NCBI GenBank assembly: GCA_029781095.1
Contig: JAKOXM010000302.1
Span: forward strand, 1 to 63,633
Length of the DNA stretch: 63,633 nt
DNA from: Bacteroidota bacterium
Lineage (GTDB): Bacteria; Bacteroidota; Bacteroidia; Chitinophagales; Saprospiraceae
Direction of reading: 5' to 3'
Shown: positions 30,002 through 38,968 of the stretch, piece by piece
Position numbering within the stretch: position 1 is the first letter of the stretch
How the letters are laid out: every line of letters begins with the position of its first letter
Program-made: the position numbers and the translations under genes
The notes under the pieces: model-generated
Told to the model about the DNA's origin: nothing
Seen by the model: the letters and a program-made list of their open reading frames with translations, nothing else
Database searches by the model: none

Positions 30002-33000
30002 TCAATCTCCTTCCTTTTTTGCTTCGTTCAGTTTCAAAACATCTTTTCGGATCAGGCTGACTTTCCGTGCATTTTCAGGACTGAGTTTCAGCGTTTTTTC
30101 TATTTCCTTGAAGTCATCTTCAAAGACTTCCCGGAAGGTGGGGAAACGATTGTCTACCCATGCTCTTTCCAGATTTTCCGTGTAAAATGCCTTGGCTTTT
30201 TGATAGTCCTGTTCGGTTTTGCCGGAAAGCAGCATTGCGATGGCTTTATTGGAAATGATGCCGTTTTTTTCTTCATTTTCCGAGGGCACGGCCAGCCCCG
30301 CGTCTGCGGCTTCCAGCCCGGCACGGAAATCGCCGCTTAATATGACGTACCAGGAATAATTCCAGTAGGCGTTGTACAATTTTGTACGCGTGCGCTCCGA
30401 AAGCGGCTCCAGATCATAGGCTTTTTTTGTCAATTCGACTTGAGACAATGAATAAATGCTCGCTTCTTTATAGTTCTGGCTTTGTACAAAATGATCGGAC
30501 CGTGTGCTGAACAGGCTGGCATAATCAAGCCAGTCGTCCACAGTCGGATTTATTTTAGTCAATTTTCGGTAGAGGGAGTCGGTAGTTGCGAATAAATTGT
30601 TGTCTTCCGGCTGCTCCAGGCAACGGTTATAAAAATAATCGGCACAGTCGCGAATCTCTTCCATGTTGGATGAAAGCAAACACTCTTCGCCATCGTATTC
30701 AATATCGAACTTTTTTCGTTGATCGGCGGAAATGCGCGGGATCACTTTGCCGCGGGCGATCTCGCTGATCTGGTTGTGTATCAGTACCGGCCCGGTACGT
30801 TTGCCGAATACGACAATGCTGTCACTGGACAAAAATGCGGCATTCACAATTTCATCGTCATCAAGGCTGAACTGTTGCAGGCAATAAACCGCCTTTTTTT
30901 CAGCCGTGGCATCCCATAAAGATGCCCTGCCGCTGCCATCGATCGTGAGCAAATACCGGTCGTCGGGTGAAAAAACGATCTTTTGTTCGAAAGTTGAACC
31001 ACTAAGGGTTTTTATGGGCTTGCGTGTTCGGGTATCCCAAATTCTTACACCGCTCCAGCTACCGCCCGACGCGAACCGATCCTCATTATTTGAAAAGGCG
31101 ATGCTTTGAATCTCCCATATCTCCTTTATCCGTGATACTGCCGAATCGCCCGTACAATCCCACAGATAATCGTAGAATGTATAATTGCTGTCTTTAACGC
31201 TCAACAGCGCATATTGACCGGTTTGGGAAAATCTGGCAGCGGTGATGGGTAACCCGAAATTATGCTCATATACCTTTTCCAGACTGAAATCATTGTTCTT
31301 GCGATATATCCGCATATTTCCCCGGTCATCGGCGGCAAGCAGTTTTTGTTCATTTGCGGAAAAATGAACGGAAATAACCGAACCGGCAAATCGATCGAGC
31401 GTAACCGTATCGCGGGTATACGGGCCGATTCGGCCTAATTTGCCGTCCCTGCAACCAACGATGAAATACCGCTCGCCCGGCTGGACGATGTCGAAAGCGG
31501 TGATGCTGTCGCTTTTATCATAAGTATCCGCCTTATAGCGTATGGTATGAATGATCGAGTCCGGCAGTTGCCAAACGTTAAGTTGAAAGTCATCATCCAG
31601 CGTTGCCACCTTCTTTTCTTTTCCTGTTCTCAGGGGCAGGCCTTGCGTGATGGAACCAAGGTGCCCGCGCAAGGTTTTTATGACGGATAATTTTTTCATG
31701 TTCCACAGACGCGCCCGGCCGTCCGCCCCGGCCGACACCATCCGCGCGGTATTGCCGAGGCGGCGTATGTCATAGATATAGCCCAAATGTCCCGAATAGG
31801 TCAGCAATGAACTTCCGTTTGCCCAGGACTGAATGATTCCCAGGGAAGTGCCTGTTATGATGGTATCGCCGGTAAAGGAAAAATCTGCGGTATAGAAATC
31901 GCCGTATCCGGCATTGTATGGCAGCGAGAACAGCGAATCTCCTGCCGCGCTGAATACCTGCAAGGGCCCCTGACCATAACAGACCAGGAATTTTCTGCCG
32001 TCGCGGGAAAACCTCACGCAATTCACAGCGCCGGGAAACCGCAGCGTTTTGGTTAACCTGCCGTTGTAGGGGCTGATTTGCACGGTGGCGTCCCAACTGC
32101 CGGTAATGACGGTCTTCCCGTCAGACGACCAGTCTACCGTGCTGACGTATCCCTTGTGGGAAATGGTATTGACGAGATTACCCTCCAAAGTCCAGATTTT
32201 GGCGGTATTATCGTAGCTGCCGGTAATGAACTTGCTACCGTCCGGGGAGAAAGCCAGGGAGCGGACCGAAGAGTTGTGTTGGCCTTCCCAGTTGTGGAGG
32301 AGAAGGCCGTTTCGATCGAACAGCAGGAATATGCTGTTCCATAAACCGGCAATAATATGCTGCCCGTCTGCGGACCAGTCGACGGCAATTACCTGGTCGG
32401 AGGCTTTGTAGGTCCAGACGACTTTTCCGGTTTTTAAATTCCAGATTTTCAACATTTTATCCAATCCTCCTGTCACGATAAGACTGTCGCCGGGCCCGTT
32501 GGCGACGCTGACGATACCTTTATGGTGCGGCAGGTTTTCGAACAACTGGCTGTTTTCGAGCGGCCAGAAGCGGAGATTGCCCTCATAATCACCGGTTACG
32601 ATCAGGCTGTCTTTGGCGATAATCGCCGCTGACCGCCCGAAAATATCGTTATCCCAGTGCATCGTGGCCACACAATCGCCGTTTCGGTTCCAGATTTTCA
32701 GCGAACGGTCGGTACTCGCAGTAAAGACGAGGTCGCTGTTTTTGAAAAAACCGACCTGTCTCACATGATTGTCGTGACCTTTTAGTGTACGGATCACTTT
32801 TCGCCGTTTCAGATCCCAGATTTTGGCGGTGTTATCCGTTGCGCCGGTTATGAAGTAATCGCCGTCCTGGGAAAATGCAGCACAGATGACACTTTGGGTG
32901 TGTCCCGGATATTCCACTATTGCATTATTCCGGAGATCGATGAGCAAAACCTGAAAAGTACGAAGGCCCACCAGGACGTGATGCCCGTCTGGCGCAAATG

Positions 33001-33862
33001 CCACGCAATTGGGCATGGCTTCATTGGGTATTGAAATTATCTGCCGGATATGGAAGCCGCTGTCGATTTTTGCTACGACGACAGAAGAATTAAGCGCAGC
33101 AACGACCACGTCGCCCTCCGGAGAAATGGCGGCATCGCTAATCGGTTCGCCCAGATTAAGGGTTGCAAGGGTATCTCCTGCCAGATTCCACAGGACTAAT
33201 TCTCCGTTACTGTCTCCCGTAAGGAGTTTATCGCTGTTTGAGGAAAAAACAATGGCATTGACATATCCTGAGCTTGTATAATCTTCCGCCAGGTCAACCC
33301 AATCGCCTTTGGAACGGTCGTACAATTTGAAAGGATCGGACTGGCAACTTACGGCAATATAGCGATCGTCGGGTGAAGCGCTTAATGCCAATATCTTGCA
33401 CTTGCAATCTATGCTTACGCTGTAATATTTAGCATCCTTTTTCTCCAGTAATTTGCGGCGTATCCCGACCGCGAGCTCATTTTTATTCTTTGTAAAGCGG
33501 GAGGCTTCGTTGGCCAGCTGGAGGGCCAGGGTAGGATTCGCATCGGCGTTGTCCAGGGCTTTATTGGTGAGTTCGGCAATTTTTGCCTGTAATTTGAACT
33601 CAACGTTCTGTTTATCAATGTTGTTCTCTTCGACCTTGATGAGCGAGTCAAGCCGCAGGGATTCTTTTTCCGGCATGTCAAGGCATGCGCCGGCTGCCTC
33701 AAAATAATAAAGTGCCGCTTTATAATCGGCGCTTACGGTATCGGCGACAAGCCCCTTGCTCAGGAAGAACGTATAGCAATTCTCGGTACCGGCTGTCTGC
33801 GATTCAGCGCGATAACAGGCAAGGACGGACAGGACGGCAAGCAGGGTGATTTTTGTTCTCAT
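30002..33862 (-). CDS. Exported (lipobox) WD40-repeat protein with TPR-like N- and C-terminal helical regions
   Basis: [16 protein letters not shown] lipobox. About 20 WD40 units are visible, for example [96 protein letters not shown] and [28 protein letters not shown]. The last 270 aa or so are helical. Confidence 0.85.
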   Translation of the reverse strand: MRTKITLLAVLSVLACYRAESQTAGTENCYTFFLSKGLVADTVSADYKAALYYFEAAGACLDMPEKESLRLDSLIKVEENNIDKQNVEFKLQAKIAELTNKALDNADANPTLALQLANEASRFTKNKNELAVGIRRKLLEKKDAKYYSVSIDCKCKILALSASPDDRYIAVSCQSDPFKLYDRSKGDWVDLAEDYTSSGYVNAIVFSSNSDKLLTGDSNGELVLWNLAGDTLATLNLGEPISDAAISPEGDVVVAALNSSVVVAKIDSGFHIRQIISIPNEAMPNCVAFAPDGHHVLVGLRTFQVLLIDLRNNAIVEYPGHTQSVICAAFSQDGDYFITGATDNTAKIWDLKRRKVIRTLKGHDNHVRQVGFFKNSDLVFTASTDRSLKIWNRNGDCVATMHWDNDIFGRSAAIIAKDSLIVTGDYEGNLRFWPLENSQLFENLPHHKGIVSVANGPGDSLIVTGGLDKMLKIWNLKTGKVVWTYKASDQVIAVDWSADGQHIIAGLWNSIFLLFDRNGLLLHNWEGQHNSSVRSLAFSPDGSKFITGSYDNTAKIWTLEGNLVNTISHKGYVSTVDWSSDGKTVITGSWDATVQISPYNGRLTKTLRFPGAVNCVRFSRDGRKFLVCYGQGPLQVFSAAGDSLFSLPYNAGYGDFYTADFSFTGDTIITGTSLGIIQSWANGSSLLTYSGHLGYIYDIRRLGNTARMVSAGADGRARLWNMKKLSVIKTLRGHLGSITQGLPLRTGKEKKVATLDDDFQLNVWQLPDSIIHTIRYKADTYDKSDSITAFDIVQPGERYFIVGCRDGKLGRIGPYTRDTVTLDRFAGSVISVHFSANEQKLLAADDRGNMRIYRKNNDFSLEKVYEHNFGLPITAARFSQTGQYALLSVKDSNYTFYDYLWDCTGDSAVSRIKEIWEIQSIAFSNNEDRFASGGSWSGVRIWDTRTRKPIKTLSGSTFEQKIVFSPDDRYLLTIDGSGRASLWDATAEKKAVYCLQQFSLDDDEIVNAAFLSSDSIVVFGKRTGPVLIHNQISEIARGKVIPRISADQRKKFDIEYDGEECLLSSNMEEIRDCADYFYNRCLEQPEDNNLFATTDSLYRKLTKINPTVDDWLDYASLFSTRSDHFVQSQNYKEASIYSLSQVELTKKAYDLEPLSERTRTKLYNAYWNYSWYVILSGDFRAGLEAADAGLAVPSENEEKNGIISNKAIAMLLSGKTEQDYQKAKAFYTENLERAWVDNRFPTFREVFEDDFKEIEKTLKLSPENARKVSLIRKDVLKLNEAKKEGD

Positions 33863-33869
33863 TGTAAAA

Positions 33870-35948
33870 TCATTTTTGGGTGTTGTGACATTTGCCCCAT
33901 ATCCGGTCGCGCTCCACGCTGGTTTTTTCGGGCAGTACCGCCAGAATCGGGTCTATTTTTTCCTGGATGATCCGGCTTGCCCAGCCGCAATCCTGGCCTT
34001 TCTCCAAAAAGGTGTTGGCGCGGCGGAGCAGGTCTTTCAGGTCTTCCCGCATATCGCGTTCACAGAGTTCAATCCCCTGTTTGGCTTTCTCAACGTCGAT
34101 GTCGAGTGCCTTTGCCTGCCCGTATAGCTTGTGTGCTTCGATATAATTGCGTTCGGCGCGGTGATTTTCGGCAGAACTGATCAGTTGTTCGAATTTTTCA
34201 AATTTCACGGCGCCTTCCCGGCATTGCTCGATCAGCGCGTGCAATTCGGGCGCGTTGCGCCTGGGCGTATCGATTGCCAGGCATTGAGCAAACTCGTTCA
34301 TGGCGCCTTTGTATTGCTTTTGGTCGAGGTAGAGCTTTCCCTGCTGGTAGTGCTGCACGTAGTTTTGCGCCAGAATGGTATCCTTGGCAGACTGGAGCTC
34401 AATAGCGAGGCCTTTCGCGCTGTCGCGCTGCAATTGCGCCACCCGCATCAGCGAGTCGGATGCCTGCCGGGCAATCTGAAGATCGATCTGTTGCTTTTGC
34501 AGGTCCCGTTTTTGGAAAAAAGCAAGCCCGGCCAATCCCAGTGCGATAACTGCGAGCCCGAATCCGGCAATGGAGCGATAGAAGTAAGCAACCCTTTCCC
34601 GCCGGATGCGTTCCTGCCGCTCGGCTTCCGCTTCACGCCGCCGGTTTTCGATCGCTTCAGCCGTTTGTGCTTTTTCCAGCTCTTCCGCCACCCTCAGTTT
34701 TTTCGCGTCCAGGATGGGCTCGACCAGCGAATCGTGGCTTATCTCATACACAAAGCTGCCGCTCGGGTGCATGTCCACGCGCAGGAGGTGATGTTCATTG
34801 ACGAGCCTGGCCAGGGTTTGTGCCTCCACCTGGTAGTTATTCAGAATCTGGCCTTCGAAAAGGCTCAGCCTGCGGAGTTCCTGTTCGAAGATCATTCCGT
34901 CTTCTATCATAAACCGCACTTTGTGCTGATCTTCTTCAAGCAGGGAGGCGATTATGCTATCGTAATAATTTTTATATATGCTTTTGATGTCGCCCAGTTC
35001 GGCCAGTTGTATTTCCTGGCCTTCGCGCTGAACGAGGTTGTTTTCAACATATTGGCAAATGACCTGCAGCTGAGTGGTTTCAACCGGCTTGGTATTTTGC
35101 TCGGTCAGGAAGTTGAGAATGGCTTCGAGGGTATCGCCCGAATACCGGAAGGAGGGTGTGGCAAAAAGCCCCGGTTCGCTTGCCGGCCTTAAAATGGCTT
35201 CCTGTGCCTGCGCCCGGTTGAGGGGGTTCAGTTCATAGCGATTTTTCAGAATGTTCGAATAATAAGGGGCAATCCGTTCCAGCAGGCTCAGGCGGTCGGA
35301 GCGAATACCCAGAACGATTTTCAGGGGCAGCGACTGGTGTATGAAATTGATTTGTTCGGCCCCTTCCGGCGTGGATTTTATGGCCGGAAGGTTTTTGTAA
35401 AACATTTCCCTGAAAGGGGCGGGCATTTTATTGTCCAGCAAATCGGCAAACTGGCGGATAAATTCCTGCACTTCGGGCTCCGGATAAGAAAAAATCTCTT
35501 CGAACTGGTCGAACACGACCACCAGCCCGGGCAAGCTCGAACGTTGATGCCACTGGATGGATTTGAACAGTTGCCAAAGCGTTTGTTTCTCCGGATCCGG
35601 TTGTACGGTGGACAGGAATACCGTTTCCTGCTTGGTCGACGGGTCGGTGGAATAGAAGCGCAAATGCGCGAGGATGCCTTTCAGCGGGCTGGAATGCTCT
35701 TTTTGGCTATAGGCATAGAAGCGGGGAAAAAGAGCAATGAGGCCTGCTCCGGTGAATTTCGGAACGACACCTGCATTGAGCAGCGACGTTTTTCCGAGAC
35801 CCGATTTGCCGTGCAAGACAGTGAGGTCGTTTATACTGATGGTTTGGTACAGATTGACGATATCCAGTTCGCGGCCAAAGAAAACCCTGGATTGCTCTTT
35901 GGCGAATGGCTGCGAACCGGGATACCGCTTCAGTGGTTTGTTTTCCAT
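33870..35948 (-). CDS. STAND-class P-loop NTPase (nSTAND-like) with a single TM helix and TPR-like C-terminal region
   Basis: N-terminal signature YPGSQPFAKEQSRVFFGRE. Walker A is LHGKSGLGKTSLL (DNA 35787-35810) and Walker B is GLVVVFDQFEE, followed by LGIRSDRL. The TM helix is FYRSIAGFGLAVIALGLAGLAFF (DNA about 34515-34583). The 214-aa helical tail contains YKGAMNEFAQCLAID and YIEAHKLYGQAKALD. The ATG at 35948 is preferred over 36041, which overlaps the upstream gene. Confidence 0.75.
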   Translation of the reverse strand: MENKPLKRYPGSQPFAKEQSRVFFGRELDIVNLYQTISINDLTVLHGKSGLGKTSLLNAGVVPKFTGAGLIALFPRFYAYSQKEHSSPLKGILAHLRFYSTDPSTKQETVFLSTVQPDPEKQTLWQLFKSIQWHQRSSLPGLVVVFDQFEEIFSYPEPEVQEFIRQFADLLDNKMPAPFREMFYKNLPAIKSTPEGAEQINFIHQSLPLKIVLGIRSDRLSLLERIAPYYSNILKNRYELNPLNRAQAQEAILRPASEPGLFATPSFRYSGDTLEAILNFLTEQNTKPVETTQLQVICQYVENNLVQREGQEIQLAELGDIKSIYKNYYDSIIASLLEEDQHKVRFMIEDGMIFEQELRRLSLFEGQILNNYQVEAQTLARLVNEHHLLRVDMHPSGSFVYEISHDSLVEPILDAKKLRVAEELEKAQTAEAIENRRREAEAERQERIRRERVAYFYRSIAGFGLAVIALGLAGLAFFQKRDLQKQQIDLQIARQASDSLMRVAQLQRDSAKGLAIELQSAKDTILAQNYVQHYQQGKLYLDQKQYKGAMNEFAQCLAIDTPRRNAPELHALIEQCREGAVKFEKFEQLISSAENHRAERNYIEAHKLYGQAKALDIDVEKAKQGIELCERDMREDLKDLLRRANTFLEKGQDCGWASRIIQEKIDPILAVLPEKTSVERDRIWGKCHNTQK

Positions 35949-36003
35949 AAAAGGGGTTTGACTCGTTATTTCAATGCACGGATAAAGGGGGCGAAACTTC
36001 TTG

Positions 36004-37134
36004 TCATTCCTGCGCAGGCCGGTTGCGCAGGTATTTGACAATATTGGAAAGCGAGCTGCGTATCAGGGCCATTTGTCTCGAATATGGATCGAAATCTATT
36101 TTGCCGAGGTTAAATTCGCGCTCAACGCCCGCAAGATTGCCTTCCTGCACAATGAGTTCCCCTTTGTCGATACCCCATCGGTCGGCCGCCTGAAGCAGTA
36201 GACTGATGGCCTCTTTCAATTCATCATTTCGTATGTGTTTTTCCACCTGATCGACCATCAGCCTTTTTATTTCTCCCGCATCCTGTATTCCGGCAGGTCC
36301 GGCGGGTCCGGGCTGGGCGGAGTGTTCGGATACCGATTTGTCCAGCTCTTTTATCAGCATCTCACTGTCTGCCTGCAGGACGATAAAAGTGGTGGAAAGC
36401 TTGTGCTCATTTTCAGGCTTCACAGGCGCGTCCTGCGTGAGAATGGAATAGTGCTCTTTTTTCGTATTCGTTCGGTCGTCTTTGTTGAGTTTGCGAATAA
36501 TAAGCGGCATATACCATTTGTCCAGATCGAAGCCGAGCAACATAAAGAATTTGGCTTCCTGCAGCACGAATTGCAGCGATACGGGCATTTGCATGTTATC
36601 GCTCAGCAGCGATACGAAAAACTTGAAAAAATCTTCATACGTAACGATCAGAGAATCCTGATTTCGGGCATCCCCGAACAGGTTGAAAAGATGCGTCACG
36701 TCGTCGGAAGATGTATTCGATGCGGGTGCATTGGGGTCTTTCGGGTGAAATTCGTGGGGAATTTTGAGGTTATCGAACGTTTTTTTCAGCATCAAATCCG
36801 GCGTGCAGGATATGATGGCCCTGAACGGAAGCCGGACGATCGTTTCATAAATTTCACCCGGTTCGAGGGACTGGTAATGTTCGGAAAGGTGCCAGCGGAG
36901 ATCCAGACTTCGCCCGGGATCGGGGTTTTTCAGGATAAAAAGATTATCGAAGTCATTGTCGATGTCTTTCAGCAGATCGGGCGCATTTTCTGAAAGGTAG
37001 TTCCGGACGCTGTCTCCCGCCGGAATTCCTTCCCGGGTGGTTCCAAAATGGGGTCCCAGAAAAAGAATAAATTTCTTCTCAAGGATATTTTTGGTGTGTT
37101 GCTTGATGAAGACGGAAATAGATTTGGTATCCAT
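36004..37134 (-). CDS. SIR2-fold-like (SIR2_2-like, apparently degenerate) protein with a C-terminal helical adaptor-like domain
   Basis: The block order resembles SIR2_2: KKFILFLGPHFG (versus lvlFlGAGvS), LPFRAIISCTPDLMLKKTF (versus viTTNYDdllE), THLFNLFGDARNQDSLIVTYEDF (versus vklHGs...lvlteedY), and FFMLLGFDLDKWYMPLIIRKL (versus lFlGySlsDpdl). A Pro/Gly linker follows, then a roughly 90-aa helical module ...IRNDELKEAISLLLQAADRW...GNLAGVEREFNLGKIDFDPYSRQMALIRSSLSNIV. Confidence 0.4.
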   Translation of the reverse strand: MDTKSISVFIKQHTKNILEKKFILFLGPHFGTTREGIPAGDSVRNYLSENAPDLLKDIDNDFDNLFILKNPDPGRSLDLRWHLSEHYQSLEPGEIYETIVRLPFRAIISCTPDLMLKKTFDNLKIPHEFHPKDPNAPASNTSSDDVTHLFNLFGDARNQDSLIVTYEDFFKFFVSLLSDNMQMPVSLQFVLQEAKFFMLLGFDLDKWYMPLIIRKLNKDDRTNTKKEHYSILTQDAPVKPENEHKLSTTFIVLQADSEMLIKELDKSVSEHSAQPGPAGPAGIQDAGEIKRLMVDQVEKHIRNDELKEAISLLLQAADRWGIDKGELIVQEGNLAGVEREFNLGKIDFDPYSRQMALIRSSLSNIVKYLRNRPAQE

Positions 37135-37192
37135 AAATTGGTTTTATGAGTAATGGCGCAAAGATTGTTCCCTGTTTTCAGGCAGGGGCATG

Positions 37193-37200
37193 CAAATGTA
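37193..37200 (-). promoter_or_regulatory. Candidate Bacteroidota -7 promoter element (TAnnTTTG) for the three-gene locus
   Basis: The minus strand reads TACATTTG, 59-66 nt upstream of the ATG at 37134 and downstream of the strong hairpin at 37253-37290. Confidence 0.25.
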
Positions 37201-37252
37201 TCGCAATTCCATGTATAACAATGAAATCCCTTTCGAAAATTAATCTATACGC

Positions 37253-37290
37253 AAAATCCCCGTTTGAGCATTAACTCAAACGGGGATTTT
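37253..37290 (-). terminator. Strong hairpin terminator after the TlpA-like gene
   Basis: aaaatccccgtttgag (37253-37268), loop cattaa, then ctcaaacggggatttt (37275-37290). This is a 16-bp perfect stem whose ends are A/T tracts. Confidence 0.75.
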
Positions 37291-37311
37291 GGCCTGGAGG
37301 ATAAGTCTGAT

Positions 37312-38739
37312 CTATTCTCCGAAAATCTCCTTCAGTTTCTCTCCCAATTGTTCGCCGCGCAGGTTGCGGACGATGATCTTGCCTTCCCGGTCGATCAGCA
37401 GGGTTTGGGGAATGGACGTTACGGAGTAAAGGGCGGCGTGTTCGCTTTGCCAGCCTTTCAGATCGCTGATATGGTGCCACGGAAGGCCATCCTGCTGGAT
37501 CGCCTTGCGCCATGCGCTGATATCGCGGTCGAGGCTGACGCCGAGCACGTCGAAACCTTTGTCCTTGTATTTTTTGTAATTCTCCACCACGTTGGGGTTC
37601 TCCCGGCGGCAGGGACCGCACCAGCTGGCCCAGAAATCGACCATGACGATCTTTCCGCGCAGTTGCTTGAGGGAATAATTGCTGCTGTCGGGCGTCATGC
37701 CGATGAGGTCGGGCGCTTCGAAACCGGGCATGAAGGTGCCGGCTTTCTTGATGTCGTATTCCAGTCGGGCCACTTCACCCAGGCTGTTGTTGCGGTACAA
37801 ATTGAGATAGTCTGATGTATAGGCCGTGCACAACTGGCCGTTGGTGGTTTTCAGTCCCGAGATAGCGCCGCCGAGCGCCATGCGGTATGCTTTCGATTTT
37901 GCCGGTATCTGCGACAATTGCAGATCGATTGCCTGCTTTACTTTTTCCGAAGAGGCGGCGATCTGCGCGAGATACGTGACGTATTTTTCAAAACTGTTGA
38001 AAACGTCGGGGATATTATCGAAACCGGTGCTGTTGAAATCGGCGTTGCGGAAATAGTTTTTTGTGTAAAAGTCAACTTCGGTTGTGGCCGCCGATTTTTC
38101 TGCAAGGTACTCCGGCGTAATATACAGGCTTGCCATGCGCCACAGCATCGGATTGGCTGTTTTCAACGAATCGAGATACCTGCTCTTCGACTTGGCCAGC
38201 TGTTTGATGCTTTCTTCCACGGGTGTGCGCGCGACAGCGCCCAGGTTTCCATCCGAATTATAGTATTTGGTGCGCAGCACCTCGCTTTCCGATTGAAAAT
38301 CGGCAATCTGCCGCTGTACGTTTTCCAGGGCTTTGTTGGCGGGCGAATTGACCGTGCGGCCTTTTTCCATAAAATTGCAATTGGCCCAGAGCGTCACTTC
38401 CTTCTCCTGCCCGAGCACGACCTTCGCCATTGCGTTGTCGCCCAGTCCGACGCCGTAAAAACGCGGATCGGACATGGGTATCCGGAACACGAAAGCACTG
38501 TCGGGCATACGGCGGCCGGCGCGTGCCACCACCCGGTTGGCCAGGCCAAGCATCTCGTACAGATTGACGCTGTCCGTATTGGCGGGTACGCCCCATATTT
38601 TGCAGACAAGCGTGACTTTATCGTTGGCGGCAGCGGCGGTAGCAGCCGCTTTAGGTGCCGGTGTGCGCGTTTTGGCGGTTTTCTGAGCCTGCAAGGCAAG
38701 CACGGGAAGCAGGAACAGTAGAATAAGCAGTTTTTTCAT
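37312..38739 (-). CDS. TlpA-family thiol:disulfide oxidoreductase (thioredoxin fold) with a long N-terminal domain
   Basis: Signal peptide and C-terminal thioredoxin domain VMVDFWASWCGPCRRENP. Confidence 0.85.
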   Translation of the reverse strand: MKKLLILLFLLPVLALQAQKTAKTRTPAPKAAATAAAANDKVTLVCKIWGVPANTDSVNLYEMLGLANRVVARAGRRMPDSAFVFRIPMSDPRFYGVGLGDNAMAKVVLGQEKEVTLWANCNFMEKGRTVNSPANKALENVQRQIADFQSESEVLRTKYYNSDGNLGAVARTPVEESIKQLAKSKSRYLDSLKTANPMLWRMASLYITPEYLAEKSAATTEVDFYTKNYFRNADFNSTGFDNIPDVFNSFEKYVTYLAQIAASSEKVKQAIDLQLSQIPAKSKAYRMALGGAISGLKTTNGQLCTAYTSDYLNLYRNNSLGEVARLEYDIKKAGTFMPGFEAPDLIGMTPDSSNYSLKQLRGKIVMVDFWASWCGPCRRENPNVVENYKKYKDKGFDVLGVSLDRDISAWRKAIQQDGLPWHHISDLKGWQSEHAALYSVTSIPQTLLIDREGKIIVRNLRGEQLGEKLKEIFGE

Positions 38740-38866
38740 GTTAGAATCAAGATCAACAAGTTCTGAATGTGTTTACAGGCGGGGTTTTTCAGAAAACAGC
38801 GCAAAATTACGTCTTTTGTCACCGCTCAGGCAGGGTTGAAACGTTAACAAGCGCTTAAAATGGGAA

Positions 38867-38968
38867 GCAGTGGGCAGTAGCAGTAGCAATCCGCAGATCG
38901 CAGTTCGATTTTCGCCGGGCCCGAAACAGGATCATCGGTACCCTTGAATAACCACTGCTGCTGCCCGC
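38867..38968. repeat. Imperfect inverted repeat with GCAGTA/GCTGCT-type arms at the 3' end of the lipoprotein gene
   Basis: gcagtgggcagtagcagtagc (about 38867-38887) pairs with ccactgctgctgcccgc (about 38952-38968), matching 15 of 17 bp. Confidence 0.4.

Noticed and set aside
35949-36041. An upstream ATG at 36041 as the start of the STAND NTPase, which would overlap the SIR2-like gene by 38 bp.
   Set aside because: The extra 31 residues (MSNTCATGLRRNDKKFRPLYPCIEITSQTPF) carry no recognisable feature. The nSTAND lead-in motif begins right after the Met at 35948. The longer form cannot be excluded.
29938-37311. Mobile-element boundaries around the three-gene locus, such as an integrase, transposase, a tRNA target or direct repeats.
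   Set aside because: I found none by eye in the flanks. Horizontal origin is suggested only by the weak compositional signal.
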